Assembly (NCBI GenBank): GCA_013265495.1
Contig: MU058791.1
Span: 248,001 to 312,000 of the forward strand
Length of the DNA stretch: 64,000 nucleotides
Direction of reading: 5' to 3'
Source of the DNA: Vicugna vicugna
Taxonomy: Eukaryota
Shown here: one piece after another, positions 49,291 through 59,388 of the stretch
Layout of the letters: each line of letters starts with the position of its first letter
Numbering within the stretch: the stretch's first letter is position 1
The notes under the pieces: model-generated
Database searches by the model: none
What the model was told of the DNA's origin: nothing
Seen by the model: the letters and a program-made list of their open reading frames with translations, nothing else
Position numbers and translations under genes: made by a program

Positions 49291-49625
49291 CGCGCAGAGG
49301 CGCAGCCAGCGCGATGGTTTCTGGCCTCCTCGTTCAGAGCTCTTTCCACATAATCACGCTGGCCCTCTGATTGAGCCTCCCTCAGGAGAATGCAAGACAG
49401 CAACTCTTCCTCATCTTTAAAAGCCCCTTGATATGTCTGGCAGGGACGAAAGGCTCTGCCCGGGTGGCTTGGCAGGATCCCAGGGTGGGGTATCGAATCT
49501 GGTTCCAGAAACTCCCCTGGCGATCTCAGCTGGACGTGCTGTCCTTTCCGCCTCCCGCTCCGCCTGGCCGTGCCGTGCTGCTGCCGCGGCTGTGACCGCC
49601 ACCCCGTTCTGCCCCCGCCGCCTCG
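49291..49625. promoter_or_regulatory. Small CpG-rich, GC-box-rich segment (putative intronic enhancer/promoter)
   Basis: Hand count of about 24 CpG in ~335 bp, 12 of them in 49549-49625. Contains ccgcctcccgctccgcc and gcccccgccgcc; a further ggggcggggt GC box lies at ~49839. Confidence 0.45.
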
Positions 49626-50735
49626 GGTGCTCTGGAATTTGCTGGAAGGGAGCTCAGAGCCCGTGTTAAAGGTGAAACACTGGGAGTGCTTCCTTCCCAC
49701 TTCGGGTGTGTTTGAGGAGCGTGGTGCTTTGTGCCAGCTTCTCATCCACAGAAGGGAGACACGACTTCTCAGGAGTGCAGTGGGAGGAAGGCAGCTCCGG
49801 ACTGTGGGATCACTTGGGAAATGTGGGAAGTGCTCCTGGGGCGGGGTGAGCTCATAACCTGGGAACCCTTCTCCACCCACCCCATCTGGCCGCGGGCTGG
49901 GGAGGTGTGCTGAGCACCCAGGTTCTGCTCCTGTTCCCTCTGCTCTGTTCGACCCTTTGCCACGCCCACTCTCTGCCTTTCTGGAATGTTCTAGAAACAG
50001 AGGGGCAGCTTCTCACATACCATCCCGGACATGACAGTGGGTTGGAGGGACATGGGTCATCTTGTGGGCAGTGGCCCGGGATTGGTCCCACAGGGAAGGT
50101 GAGAGGTCCAAAGTCGACCATGGAGGAAAGGTACCATTTGCTGGATAAGCCCACCACCTCAAGAAGCCCCAGAGTTTCCCTTGATGGCAAATGTTTCTAC
50201 ATCAGTATGCGACTTCTAGGTATAGAAGTAAATTTCCAGAAAGAAGCTTTCGCTCCAGCACTAGCTGTTCTTTCTAGCGAGTCTCCTGGCTGGAGTGTAA
50301 GGGATAAGGTAGTTGCCCTGGGTTGAGCCGAGCTGGATATTTGACTTGTATTTCCACACATCCTACCCCGATTCCCTCGCTGTAGATGGCTAGTGTGGGG
50401 GTGGTGGTGTGTGCTTGCTCAGTCCTGGTGGACAAAGCCACTTGGTACAGTCACTGGGAGGTGGCACTAAAAGATGACAGAGTCCCGAATAGGTAGCGCC
50501 TCAGTCTTGGGCTGAATGTTAGTGATATCTCGCAGAGCATTAAAACTCAGGGGTAGATCTATTTGTGAGCGCATCTTTCTGTTTTTCTCCATGAGGATCC
50601 CGTTTTCTGGTGGATTCAGAACACAGCACATTGTAAGGGGACCCCAAGACTCCCACACCTGCTTTTACTCAGATTTTCTTTAAAGATGTTAATAGAATGG
50701 TTGAAATTTGATTTATTCTTCTGCCTAGAGTGAGT

Positions 50736-50790
50736 CTTCCTTCCTCCCTTCCTTCCTTCCTTCCTTCTTTCTTTTATTCCTTCCTTCCTT
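50736..50790. repeat. (TTCC)n polypyrimidine tract
   Basis: cttccttcctcccttccttccttccttccttctttcttttattccttccttcctt. Confidence 0.9.
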
Positions 50791-52089
50791 TTGTGTTTCT
50801 CTTCTGTTTGGAGTGCTTTTATTTTCTAAAAAAATGGTAAGCTCAGTTTAACTGACCAACAGTATCCATGAATAAGTTGCTTACTGTCACTTATTTCTCA
50901 GTAAAGCTGAAAAAAAGAAAGTTGCTTCTTAGTATAATTTCCTGGAGAAACATGGCAAGTAGTTTTGCTTTCCCAAACATCATCATTTAATTAAGTGACA
51001 CAGAATTTCACTACACAGACACAGGCACTTTAGCTCGTGTAGGTGGTTAGGGGACAATCATGGTTAAGTTGTTTGTTACTCTTACTATTCAGCCCATTCT
51101 TCTTCAGTCAATATAACTTCTCCCAAAAGATGATATTCCTCTTTTAAGAAACCCTTTAGAACAGGTGGCTTTTTTCTTTATAAAGATCATCGTGTCGAGA
51201 AGCATATTACAAACTTCCAAGTGGAGCCTTGTTCTGAAGAAACTACTGGCACAAGAAATGTGCCCGAATATTTTCACAATATTGTTGGTGAGTCAGAGGA
51301 ACAGATGGCAGTGACACTCTGAAGAGTAGAGATTTCAGATTCCTGTCTTCTCCTGAGGGGGAGTTCAGTCGGCATGTGAGTACACTCTTCTTTTGCAGTA
51401 ACAAGCCTCATTCCCTCACTTGCAGAAACCGTAATTTCTCAGCGAAATAACCCCTAATATCAGTATATCACTCAAAAATTTTCATTGCATCTTTTTTTGA
51501 ATGATGCCATGTACTACATTTTTTATGTAAAGTTCTGCTATTTTGAACGTGGTTTACTCAGGATACAAGTTCAGTTGAAATTTCTCTTTTCTGCTACTCT
51601 TAAAAATTGTGTGATGAGCATATGAAAGAATAAGAAACTCTTATGAAGTTATTATAAAATCTGCCAGGAAAGTGAATATTTTTAAGTTCTTGATCCCAGT
51701 GTCAGTAATTACCTTGTCACCTAAAGAGATGGGACGGTGATCCTGGGTAGCTGTGAGTTCAAGATTCTACCAGTACTTGAAATAACTCCTTTTAAAGATA
51801 TTTTATAGCTCAGACTTCTAAATCATTTAGATTTGTCCTCATATAATTACTCTGAGTTGGAAAGCTTTTAAATCTTTTTAAGAAGGTGACAAGGCGCTCC
51901 CAAGGTTATCAGTATCTTTCCGGTCTTTGATTTGCTCCCCCCCAACCATCACCCCCTTTCATTTGCCTCTTTGAGATGTTAGTGCTATGGTCTCCCCTCT
52001 GGCTGTGTTCACATCATCTCCTCTGCCTGGAATGCACTTCCCAGGACTGATCTGGACTGGCTGGGGTCTGTCTTCTGCGCACCCTTACA

Positions 52090-52243
52090 CCCAGCATGTG
52101 GTCCGCAGATCAGCGGCAAGTCCAGGGAGCTTGTTGGAAATGCAGACTCTCAGGCCCAGCCCAGGCCTAGTGTATTAGAATGTGCCATGTAACTGGATCC
52201 CAGGTGATGCATTTGCACATTTACCTTTGAGAAACACTGATCT
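52090..52243. mobile_element. MER5A
   Basis: gagcttgttggaaatgcagactctcaggcccagcccagg...caggtgatgcatttgcacatttacctttgagaaacactg. Confidence 0.85.
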
Positions 52244-52269
52244 AGGAAACTCTTCTTCAGAAAGCATTT

Positions 52270-52565
52270 AGCTGCCCCTCCTGTGTGCTCCAGTAACATC
52301 GAACATTCTCCTCCCTTGTACTGCTTGTCACAATTTGGAGTAATTGCCCTTTTCTTTAAAAAAATATTTTTTAATGGAGGTACTGGGGATTGAACCCAGG
52401 ACCTCCCGCATGCTGAGCTACAACCACACCCCCTCCTTGTCTTTCTTTCCCACTGTGTCAAAAGCTTCTGGAGGCAGGGATGATGGCTGAGATCCATGTG
52501 TGTTTTTAGTGCCTGACAAGATCCTGCCACAGAGTAGGTGATTCATATGTTTTTGTTGACTTGAA
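52270..52565 (+). mobile_element. L2 3' end, interrupted by a SINE
   Basis: gcccctcctgtgtgctcc...aagcttctggaggcaggga...agtgcctgac...acagagtaggtgattcatatgtttttgttgacttgaat. Confidence 0.7.
52358..52436 (-). mobile_element. Camelid tRNA-derived SINE (internally deleted)
   Basis: ttaatggaggtactggggattgaacccaggacctcccgcatgctgagctacaacc is the reverse complement of the SINE head, lacking the ~19 nt between gctcag and catgc. Confidence 0.85.
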
Positions 52566-53069
52566 TTATACCAGTGTCACAAGAGGAAAGATTGAGGAAG
52601 ACAATGTGTATTCTCTTCCCTCTAAAAGATAAAATCAAAATGCTTTATTTCCTTGAGTAAATAGAATCTTCAAGTATTTTGAAAACACAAGCACGTGTAT
52701 CCTAACAAGAAATGTTGAGTGACACATTTGTATCCATTTCAAGGTTGGAAGTCAGCACTAAAGAACTGAAAATTAAAAAAATTTTTTTGATAGAATACAT
52801 TAAATCCCTCACAGAACTGGGACAGAATTGTCAGTTTTGTGGGTGGTTCTTATCAGATGGGACACCTGACACTCTCTTAAAATGGAGACCACAGAGGGAG
52901 ATGTTTGAATGGCATACCAAAGACATACCCCTGTTGTTTAAAATAGCTCTGGTTGAGATTTTCCTCTCTTGTTTATAGCTTTTCCAGAATTTAAAAAATG
53001 AAAAGATGCTGTCAATGGCTCTGAAATTTCGATGACTTAACTACCCCCTGTAAAGAAACTGGCACTAAT

Positions 53070-53880
53070 TTTGAGCTGAATTAATAGATTGCATTTCTTG
53101 AGTCTGAGCATCACTGTATACATGCTTTCAATAATTAACAAAATCCAGTCCATGCCTCAAGGAGCTGATGGTGGCTTCCCAGAGGACCCAACCAGTGTGC
53201 GTACGAGTGGCCCAGTGTTCTGTAGGAGCCGCACAGATGGTGGGCAGAGAGGTTCAGAGGCGGGACTGATCATAGCCACTGGGGGAGTCAGAAGAAGGTG
53301 GTATTTGGGTGACCTTGAAGGACGGGTAGGCTTTTCGTGGGTGGAAGCAGGGGGAAGGGGAAACATTTCAGCAGATGGAACAGCTAGAACAGTTATGGAC
53401 AGAAAGAGATGAAGTGGGGCTGAGCCTGGAAGTGTGGCTGGAGCATTTGAGAAGATGCAGGTAAAAAGGAGCAGCGATGATAGCTCAGAGCACAGCGATG
53501 CTTACCTGTGAGATTAAAGGGTTTGTGCTTCATCTGCTAGGCAGTGGGGCAACCGAAGAGTTTTGCGTAGAGGAGGGTTGGGAGGGAACGTTGGGAAGAC
53601 GGAGGGGGACTCCTGAGACGGTGCTCAGTATGAAGGTGGGTTAGAGCTGTGTCAGAAGAGAGACTGAGGACCTCCTGAGATGTGGTTGTGAAAGTCTTGG
53701 CTGGAGGGGAGGAGCCCTCAACAACCACACGGACCTCACCTGAGACACTAAGGAAAAAGAATCAATGGAACTCTGCTAGTAACGGGAAGTGAGGGATGAC
53801 AGACGCCAGTTTGCAAGCCTGAGTGATGGGAAAAGTGCTGGGAGCGTTAGCAGAGGTACAGCGGTGAAGAAAAAGGGCAG
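53070..53880 (-). mobile_element. L2 fragment
   Basis: aacaaaatccagtccatgcctcaaggagctg...gaccttgaaggacgggtagg...gtttgcaagcctgagtgatggg. Confidence 0.65.
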
Positions 53881-54671
53881 GACACAGTGCTGTTTATTGG
53901 ACATCTCTCTTTCCTTCCAACAGGATATCTCGTGACAGAATTAACTAATATGACCCCCGAGGCCCGAGACACAGGAGGCCATGGGCCTGCAGCATTTATG
54001 CAAAAGAAAGTTGCTTGTTTCAGTGAGTGGTGCCTGTGGCTGGGGCGGGGTAGGAGAGAGGGAGGGCGTGATAGGCCGTTTTCACCCTGATGCAGAGAAT
54101 GCATCTGTTCTCATGGATGAAGAGACTGGCTGTCATGATGGTGTGTTCTGGTTAGTGCCGCCCGGATGCATTACACTCATTAGGACAAAAATTCCAGCCC
54201 CTGAGGTGGGTCCTAATTAGTCTGGGCTTTTAGGATGGACCAAAGGATGCCAACACTTAATGTTATTGACAGCATGCAGTGGGAGGAGTGCTTCTCTGAA
54301 GTTCTGACTTCTCAAACGGTGGTTTCACCCGTAGTTTCTGATGGCTTCAGAATGCCCCCTTGTTTTCTCCATCCTTCCTCACTTTTCTTTTCTTTCCTTC
54401 CTCTTGCCTTCTTTCCCTACCAGACATCTTTAAACTGTTTCTTCATCAACTGCTGTATGTCCTGTATCTTCAAGTCACTTAACAGCCCAGTGGTGGTACT
54501 GGTGTGGTTTCCTCAAAGAGCCCCCATTAATTTTGAGTTGGCAAATGTCATAGCCTTTTCAGAGCATAGATCGCCTTGATTTGTCTGGAACACTAGACCC
54601 TGTTGTTGACCAACATTCTCTTCTTAAAATACATGGCTTAATGATGGCATGTTTTGAGTACCTTTGCCTCC

Positions 54672-54820
54672 TGTCTCAGTCCGCTCAGCTGCTGTAACAC
54701 CAGAGTAGCAGGGGTAGTGTACAGAAATTCATTTCTTACAGTTCTGGAGGCTGGAAATGCAAGATCAAGGTGCTGCTTCCCGGTTCACAGACGGCACCTT
54801 TTTGCTGTGTTCTCACTTGG
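54672..54820 (-). mobile_element. MLT1A/B-like MaLR LTR fragment
   Basis: tctcagtccgctcagctgctgtaaca...aaattcatttcttacagttctggaggctggaaatgcaagatcaaggtgc. Confidence 0.75.
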
Positions 54821-55052
54821 TGTGGTCATTTTAAAAAGTATCTACTCTGAGCGTTTCTCCTGTGTCTTTCTTGGGCATTTTTTCCTTAAGCAGAGGATCC
54901 AGTGGTCCCATCTCTTCTCTGGAGGCAAAGGTTGCCCTGTGAAACCACAAAGGGTCTTCAGGCAGAGCCAGAATTCCCCAGAGAGGGGTATCCTGAAGGG
55001 TTAGTCATCCAAACCTGACTATGAACCTGACGGCTCCTGTCTCTAGATAATT

Positions 55053-55202
55053 GCTTTTTTTTTTTAATTGGCGTATAGTTGACTTACAATGTTGTGTTAG
55101 TTTCTGGTGTACAGCATAGTGATTCAGTTCTACATGCATATGTATATTCTTTTTCATTATAGGTTATTACGGGTTATTGAGCATGTTTCCCTGTGCTATA
55201 CA
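55053..55202 (-). mobile_element. Short L1 3'-end insertion with intact TSD
   Basis: T11 tail followed by tatagttgacttacaatgttgtgttagtttctggtgtacagc. Perfect 16-bp TSD ctgtctctagataatt (55037-55052 / 55203-55218). Confidence 0.9.
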
Positions 55203-55605
55203 CTGTCTCTAGATAATTCTTAAGGCTACAATTTGCTCATCAACGTGATCTGTAGGTAATTTAACTAACAGATGTTTCTGAATTGGAAATCTAGTTGTAC
55301 CAATGCAGTTAGACTAAAATATACATTAAAATACATATTTATATATATTTCAACTGCAGCAGTGTTCTTTTTGAACCAGCTCCTAAAGTAATGGAAATAA
55401 AAGCAAAAATAAACAAATGGGACCCAATTAAGCTTAAAAGTTTTTACACAGCAAAGGAAACCATGAACAAAACCACAAGGCAACCTACAGAATGGGAGAA
55501 AATATTTGAAGATGACACGACTGACAAAGGACTCATCTCCAAAATATACAAACAGCTCATATAGCTTAATATAAAAAAAAACAAAAACCCAAACAACCCA
55601 GTCAA

Positions 55606-55895
55606 NNNNNNNNNNNNNNNNNNNNNNNNNNNNNNNNNNNNNNNNNNNNNNNNNNNNNNNNNNNNNNNNNNNNNNNNNNNNNNNNNNNNNNNNNNNNNNN
55701 NNNNNNNNNNNNNNNNNNNNNNNNNNNNNNNNNNNNNNNNNNNNNNNNNNNNNNNNNNNNNNNNNNNNNNNNNNNNNNNNNNNNNNNNNNNNNNNNNNNN
55801 NNNNNNNNNNNNNNNNNNNNNNNNNNNNNNNNNNNNNNNNNNNNNNNNNNNNNNNNNNNNNNNNNNNNNNNNNNNNNNNNNNNNNNNNNNNNNNN
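55606..55895. other. Assembly gap (290 N)
   Basis: Run of N inside the L1. Confidence 1.
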
Positions 55896-55957
55896 TTACC
55901 ATGTGACCCAGGAATCCCGGCCCTGGGCATATACAGAAGGAACCCTACTTCAAAAGG

Positions 55958-56122
55958 NNNNNNNNNNNNNNNNNNNNNNNNNNNNNNNNNNNNNNNNNNN
56001 NNNNNNNNNNNNNNNNNNNNNNNNNNNNNNNNNNNNNNNNNNNNNNNNNNNNNNNNNNNNNNNNNNNNNNNNNNNNNNNNNNNNNNNNNNNNNNNNNNNN
56101 NNNNNNNNNNNNNNNNNNNNNN
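55958..56122. other. Assembly gap (165 N)
   Basis: Run of N inside the L1. Confidence 1.
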
Positions 56123-56849
56123 ATGGATGGGTAGCAGAGGGATAAATTAGGAGTTTGGGATTAACAGATACACACTACCACATATAAAATAGATAAACCA
56201 CAAGGACCTACTGCAGGGCACAGAGAATTATATTTAATTTCTTATAATAACATATAATGGAAAAGAATCTGAAAAGAAAAAAATGTATCTGTATGTATAT
56301 GTATAACTGAATTGCTCACTGTACACCTGAAACTAACACTATAAATCAATTACACTTTAGTAAAAAATAAACATAAAAAACATAAAACAAAAATATGTAG
56401 GAATATGTATATCACATCAGTAAAAGACTGGCGCCTGCTGAGGCCCACCCTGGGTTGCAGTATTTGGTGGAAAAGCTAGTGACTCTGCACATGTTGAAAG
56501 TAGCTGCAGTTAAGTTTTCTGGGAACTTGGATTCAGATGACAGTGGGAAAAGTACTGTCAGGCAAAAGCCTTACTGTTCAAACAGGGCTTGTTAGTCAGC
56601 TCAGTTTCACTTGGTACTAGAATGAAAATCCCAGCAAAACGACTGTCATATAAGCCCCACTAGGAAGAGAGGAAAACAGGTGTCATGGAATACTGTGTCA
56701 CATTATCCGGGTACCAGCCCGAGAAGGAGGTGGGGGTGCTCGGGAAGATGCCACCAAGAGCCGCAGAAATGGCCAGAGCCTGGAAATTAGGTTCTGGGAG
56801 GAGAGCCAGAAGGAACTGGTATTATTTTACCTGGAGAAATGTGACAATT

Positions 56850-57030
56850 GGCATCCGTTAACGTATATTATTGTATTTGAGTGGCCAGCACTCTGTGAGG
56901 GCACTGTGCTGTTTCTAAGTCCTTGAATATTTAGAATCCTAACATTACTAGCCCTAGCAATCCATCTCTTTTATTTTTATAGTGAAGATAATGAGTCCCA
57001 GAGAAATTAACAACCACAGCTCCCTACTCA
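56850..57030 (-). mobile_element. MIR
   Basis: ttattgtatttgagtggccagcactctg...aatcctaacattac...tttttatagtgaagataatgagtcccagagaaattaac. Confidence 0.6.
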
Positions 57031-57073
57031 ATGGCTGAGAAAGATCAGGACGTGGGACGTGAGGACACAGAGG

Positions 57074-57573
57074 TGTAGGGGAGGCAGGCGGACTTTTACC
57101 CCCTTAGGGCTTTTTGGGGCTGGACCTAAGAATTAAAATGACATCAGATGGATCAAGAGGACAAAAGTATACAGATTTATTTAATAAAAGCTTTACGCCA
57201 CACAAGAACCTTCCCAAGGAGTGAAGTCCTATAGATATGGCAAAAATGAATGGCTGTTGTTCAGGTTGAACAAAGAAAGGCAGTCCTTGAAAAGTGATGA
57301 AACTATGTGGGGAAACTAAAAGGAAGGTAATCATTATTTTAACAAAGTCTCCCTGTGTAGTGTTCTCTTAGTCTCCGCTTCTAGTCCTTAATGATAAAAA
57401 TAGTTTTCTTTCCAGTACAGGAAGGAGACATCTTTCATAATGGGAAATTCATCTCCTGCTCCTAAGAAAAATAAGGTGGTTCAGTGTGGTTTTCTTATAT
57501 TTGCTGTTTTTAACTCAATTTTCAATATGCTTAAGAGACATATTTTGGGGCAGCATGTTCCTGAACTCCTTCA
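57074..57573 (-). mobile_element. ERV1 (MER4-group/MER34-like) solo LTR
   Basis: tgtaggggagg...aagtatacagatttattt...catattttggggcagcatgttcctgaactccttca. 4-bp TSD gagg/gaag. Confidence 0.75.
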
Positions 57574-58511
57574 GAAGTCATAAAGGAAATTTAAGTTGGA
57601 TGAAGAAAAACAATGTCTTGCTAGGGGAAGATTATCTAATACTGGAATACAGTATGTTATTTGGAGATCTTAGAAAATATTGCCTATACTGGGACAGTGA
57701 CAGCTCTACCTGGAGGGGGAATAGATGAGCTGATATCTCAGTGGCTCTTTAATTTGATGGCTCTAATTATCTGAGTTGTTTTTCCCTTGGCATCATACAA
57801 GAAATTGTTCTGGCAAATATACAGTTTGATACTTGCCTTTGTTAAAACAGCTTATCCCATTTCCAGATGTGTTTGAAGATCAACAGCAAAGATGATGGTG
57901 TTTCTCAATAAAATCCTTAGATTTTTATCTGATGTTGTCAATGACTGATTCAATTTGAGTATCTTTGGATTCCTACTAGACTCCATACTCCTACTATACT
58001 ATGTTCCAGGTCTTTCGCATTCAGATAGCATTTCCACTTCGAGTTTTTATTTTTTTGAGGACTACATGAGTGTGATTGTACTAAGCAGATTTACAGTAAT
58101 CAGAACATTATGATGGCAAAGTAGCTGTCAGCACGCAGGCAGTGTCCACGTGATTTCTGTGGAAACAATTTCTGCACTCCCGGGAGCACCTGTTTTCCTT
58201 CTTGTCTTTGCATGCTTGGAGAGTGGAAAGCTGGACTCGGATAGCTCAGGTTCAGGTTACTACCTTGGTAGTGTAGATTCTTAAAACAATACTGAACCCT
58301 ATGATTTATGTAAGTAAATAAAAAGGTAACAAGGGGAAGAGGCTCCTACTAGGTATATGGCTCTTATTTGAAAAAGTGGCAATACATTTTAAGTAATTAT
58401 GAAGGATAAGTAATATGTAGCATCTCCGGGAAGAAAAAAAATGGATTTCCTTCACCCAAAGCCATAGAGGCTGTTGTTCAAGAAGTAAGCATACATATGA
58501 AAGGACTTGGA

Positions 58512-58746
58512 GATGAGGATGATGGTGATGATCGTGCTGGTGATGATGAGGATGGTAGTGGTGATGAAGATGGTGATGATGATGATAGTGGTGATGATGG
58601 TGGTGGTGGTGATGATGATAAGGATGGTGATGATGGTGTGGTGCTGCTGATGATGGTGAGGGTGGTGGTGGTGATGCTGATGATGGTAGTGGTGATGATG
58701 AAGTTGATGGTGGTGATGGTGGTGGTGGTGGTGATGATCATGGTGG
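58512..58746. repeat. (TGA/TGG/GAT)n degenerate trinucleotide tract, ~235 bp
   Basis: gatgaggatgatggtgatgat...gatggtggtggtggtggtgatgatcatggtgg. Confidence 0.95.
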
Positions 58747-58749
58747 CGT

Positions 58750-58920
58750 AGCCACTGTTGAGCATACATACTCCTGTTGCTGTGCATATTTATCTCCTGA
58801 CTCTACAACCACAGCACAAGGCAGGTATTGAATCTTTGTTTGACTGATGAGGAAACTGAGACTCAGAAAGTTTCAGTAGCTTGCCCAAGCTGAGATTAAA
58901 ATCTAGGTTTCTCTAGAATC
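58750..58920 (-). mobile_element. MIR adjoining the trinucleotide tract
   Basis: tagccactgttgagcatac...tgatgaggaaactgagactcagaaagtttcagtagcttgcccaag. Confidence 0.8.
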
Positions 58921-59254
58921 TAGGCCTTTTTTTGGTGTATCATATTGCCTCCTAATACAAACATGTGTTACAGTTTCTGGATTAAAAAAAAAGAAAGAAA
59001 ACTAACCAACTGAAATAAAGAAAATCACACATAACTTGAAAAGACTACCAGTAAATTTTGGGGACTCTTGGTCAGCTCGGTTTGGTCATCAGGCTGGGAG
59101 CTGATATTCAGACCAAATATGCCCTTTCCCTACGCGGAGAGCAAATGAGGATAAACTTTTGCTGATGAACTCTTCACAGCTTAGCCAGTCTTTCTTGGAA
59201 CTAACTGGACATTTAAGCTGGCAGTTCCTAAAATTTAAGAGGCATCAGAATTAG

Positions 59255-59388
59255 CTAGGGGCCTAACCCTAAAAGTAAACACATACTTTGGGGTCCAGCC
59301 CAGATACTAGGGCCCCAGATTTGAATTTCTGTTACCCCAGTGGTGCTGGTCCTGCTGGACCAGAGGCCATGCTTTGAAAAGCGCTGAC
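59255..59388. mobile_element. MER5A-like fragment
   Basis: gggtccagcccag...ccagtggtgctggtcctgctggaccagaggccatgctttgaaaagcgctg. Confidence 0.55.

Larger units (their letters stand above)
55355..56395 (+). mobile_element. 5'-truncated L1 (ORF2 C-terminal remnant and 3' UTR), spanning two gaps
   Basis: Translates [60 protein letters not shown] (TAG at 55562-55564). The ttaccatgtgacccaggaatcc island matches the LPYDPAIP region. 3' UTR at 56123-56370 with an A-rich tail. Confidence 0.9.

Noticed and set aside
49278-49880. 200-aa minus-strand ORF over the CpG-rich segment
   Set aside because: Stop-poor because of high GC content; no protein family similarity.
49907-50326. 139-aa ORF with a signal-peptide-like N-terminus (MLSTQVLLLFPLLCSTLCHA...)
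   Set aside because: It starts at GTG, not ATG. The hydrophobic stretch comes from a CT-rich run and the rest has no recognisable domain.
55265-55930. 221-aa and 152-aa minus-strand ORFs
   Set aside because: Antisense to L1 ORF2 and spanning N gaps. The sense L1 frame has a stop at 55562.
58452-58787. His-rich 111-aa ORF (and overlapping Ile/Thr-rich and Asp/Gly-rich ORFs)
   Set aside because: An artefact of a trinucleotide tract fused to a MIR. No splice or promoter context and no homology outside the repeat.
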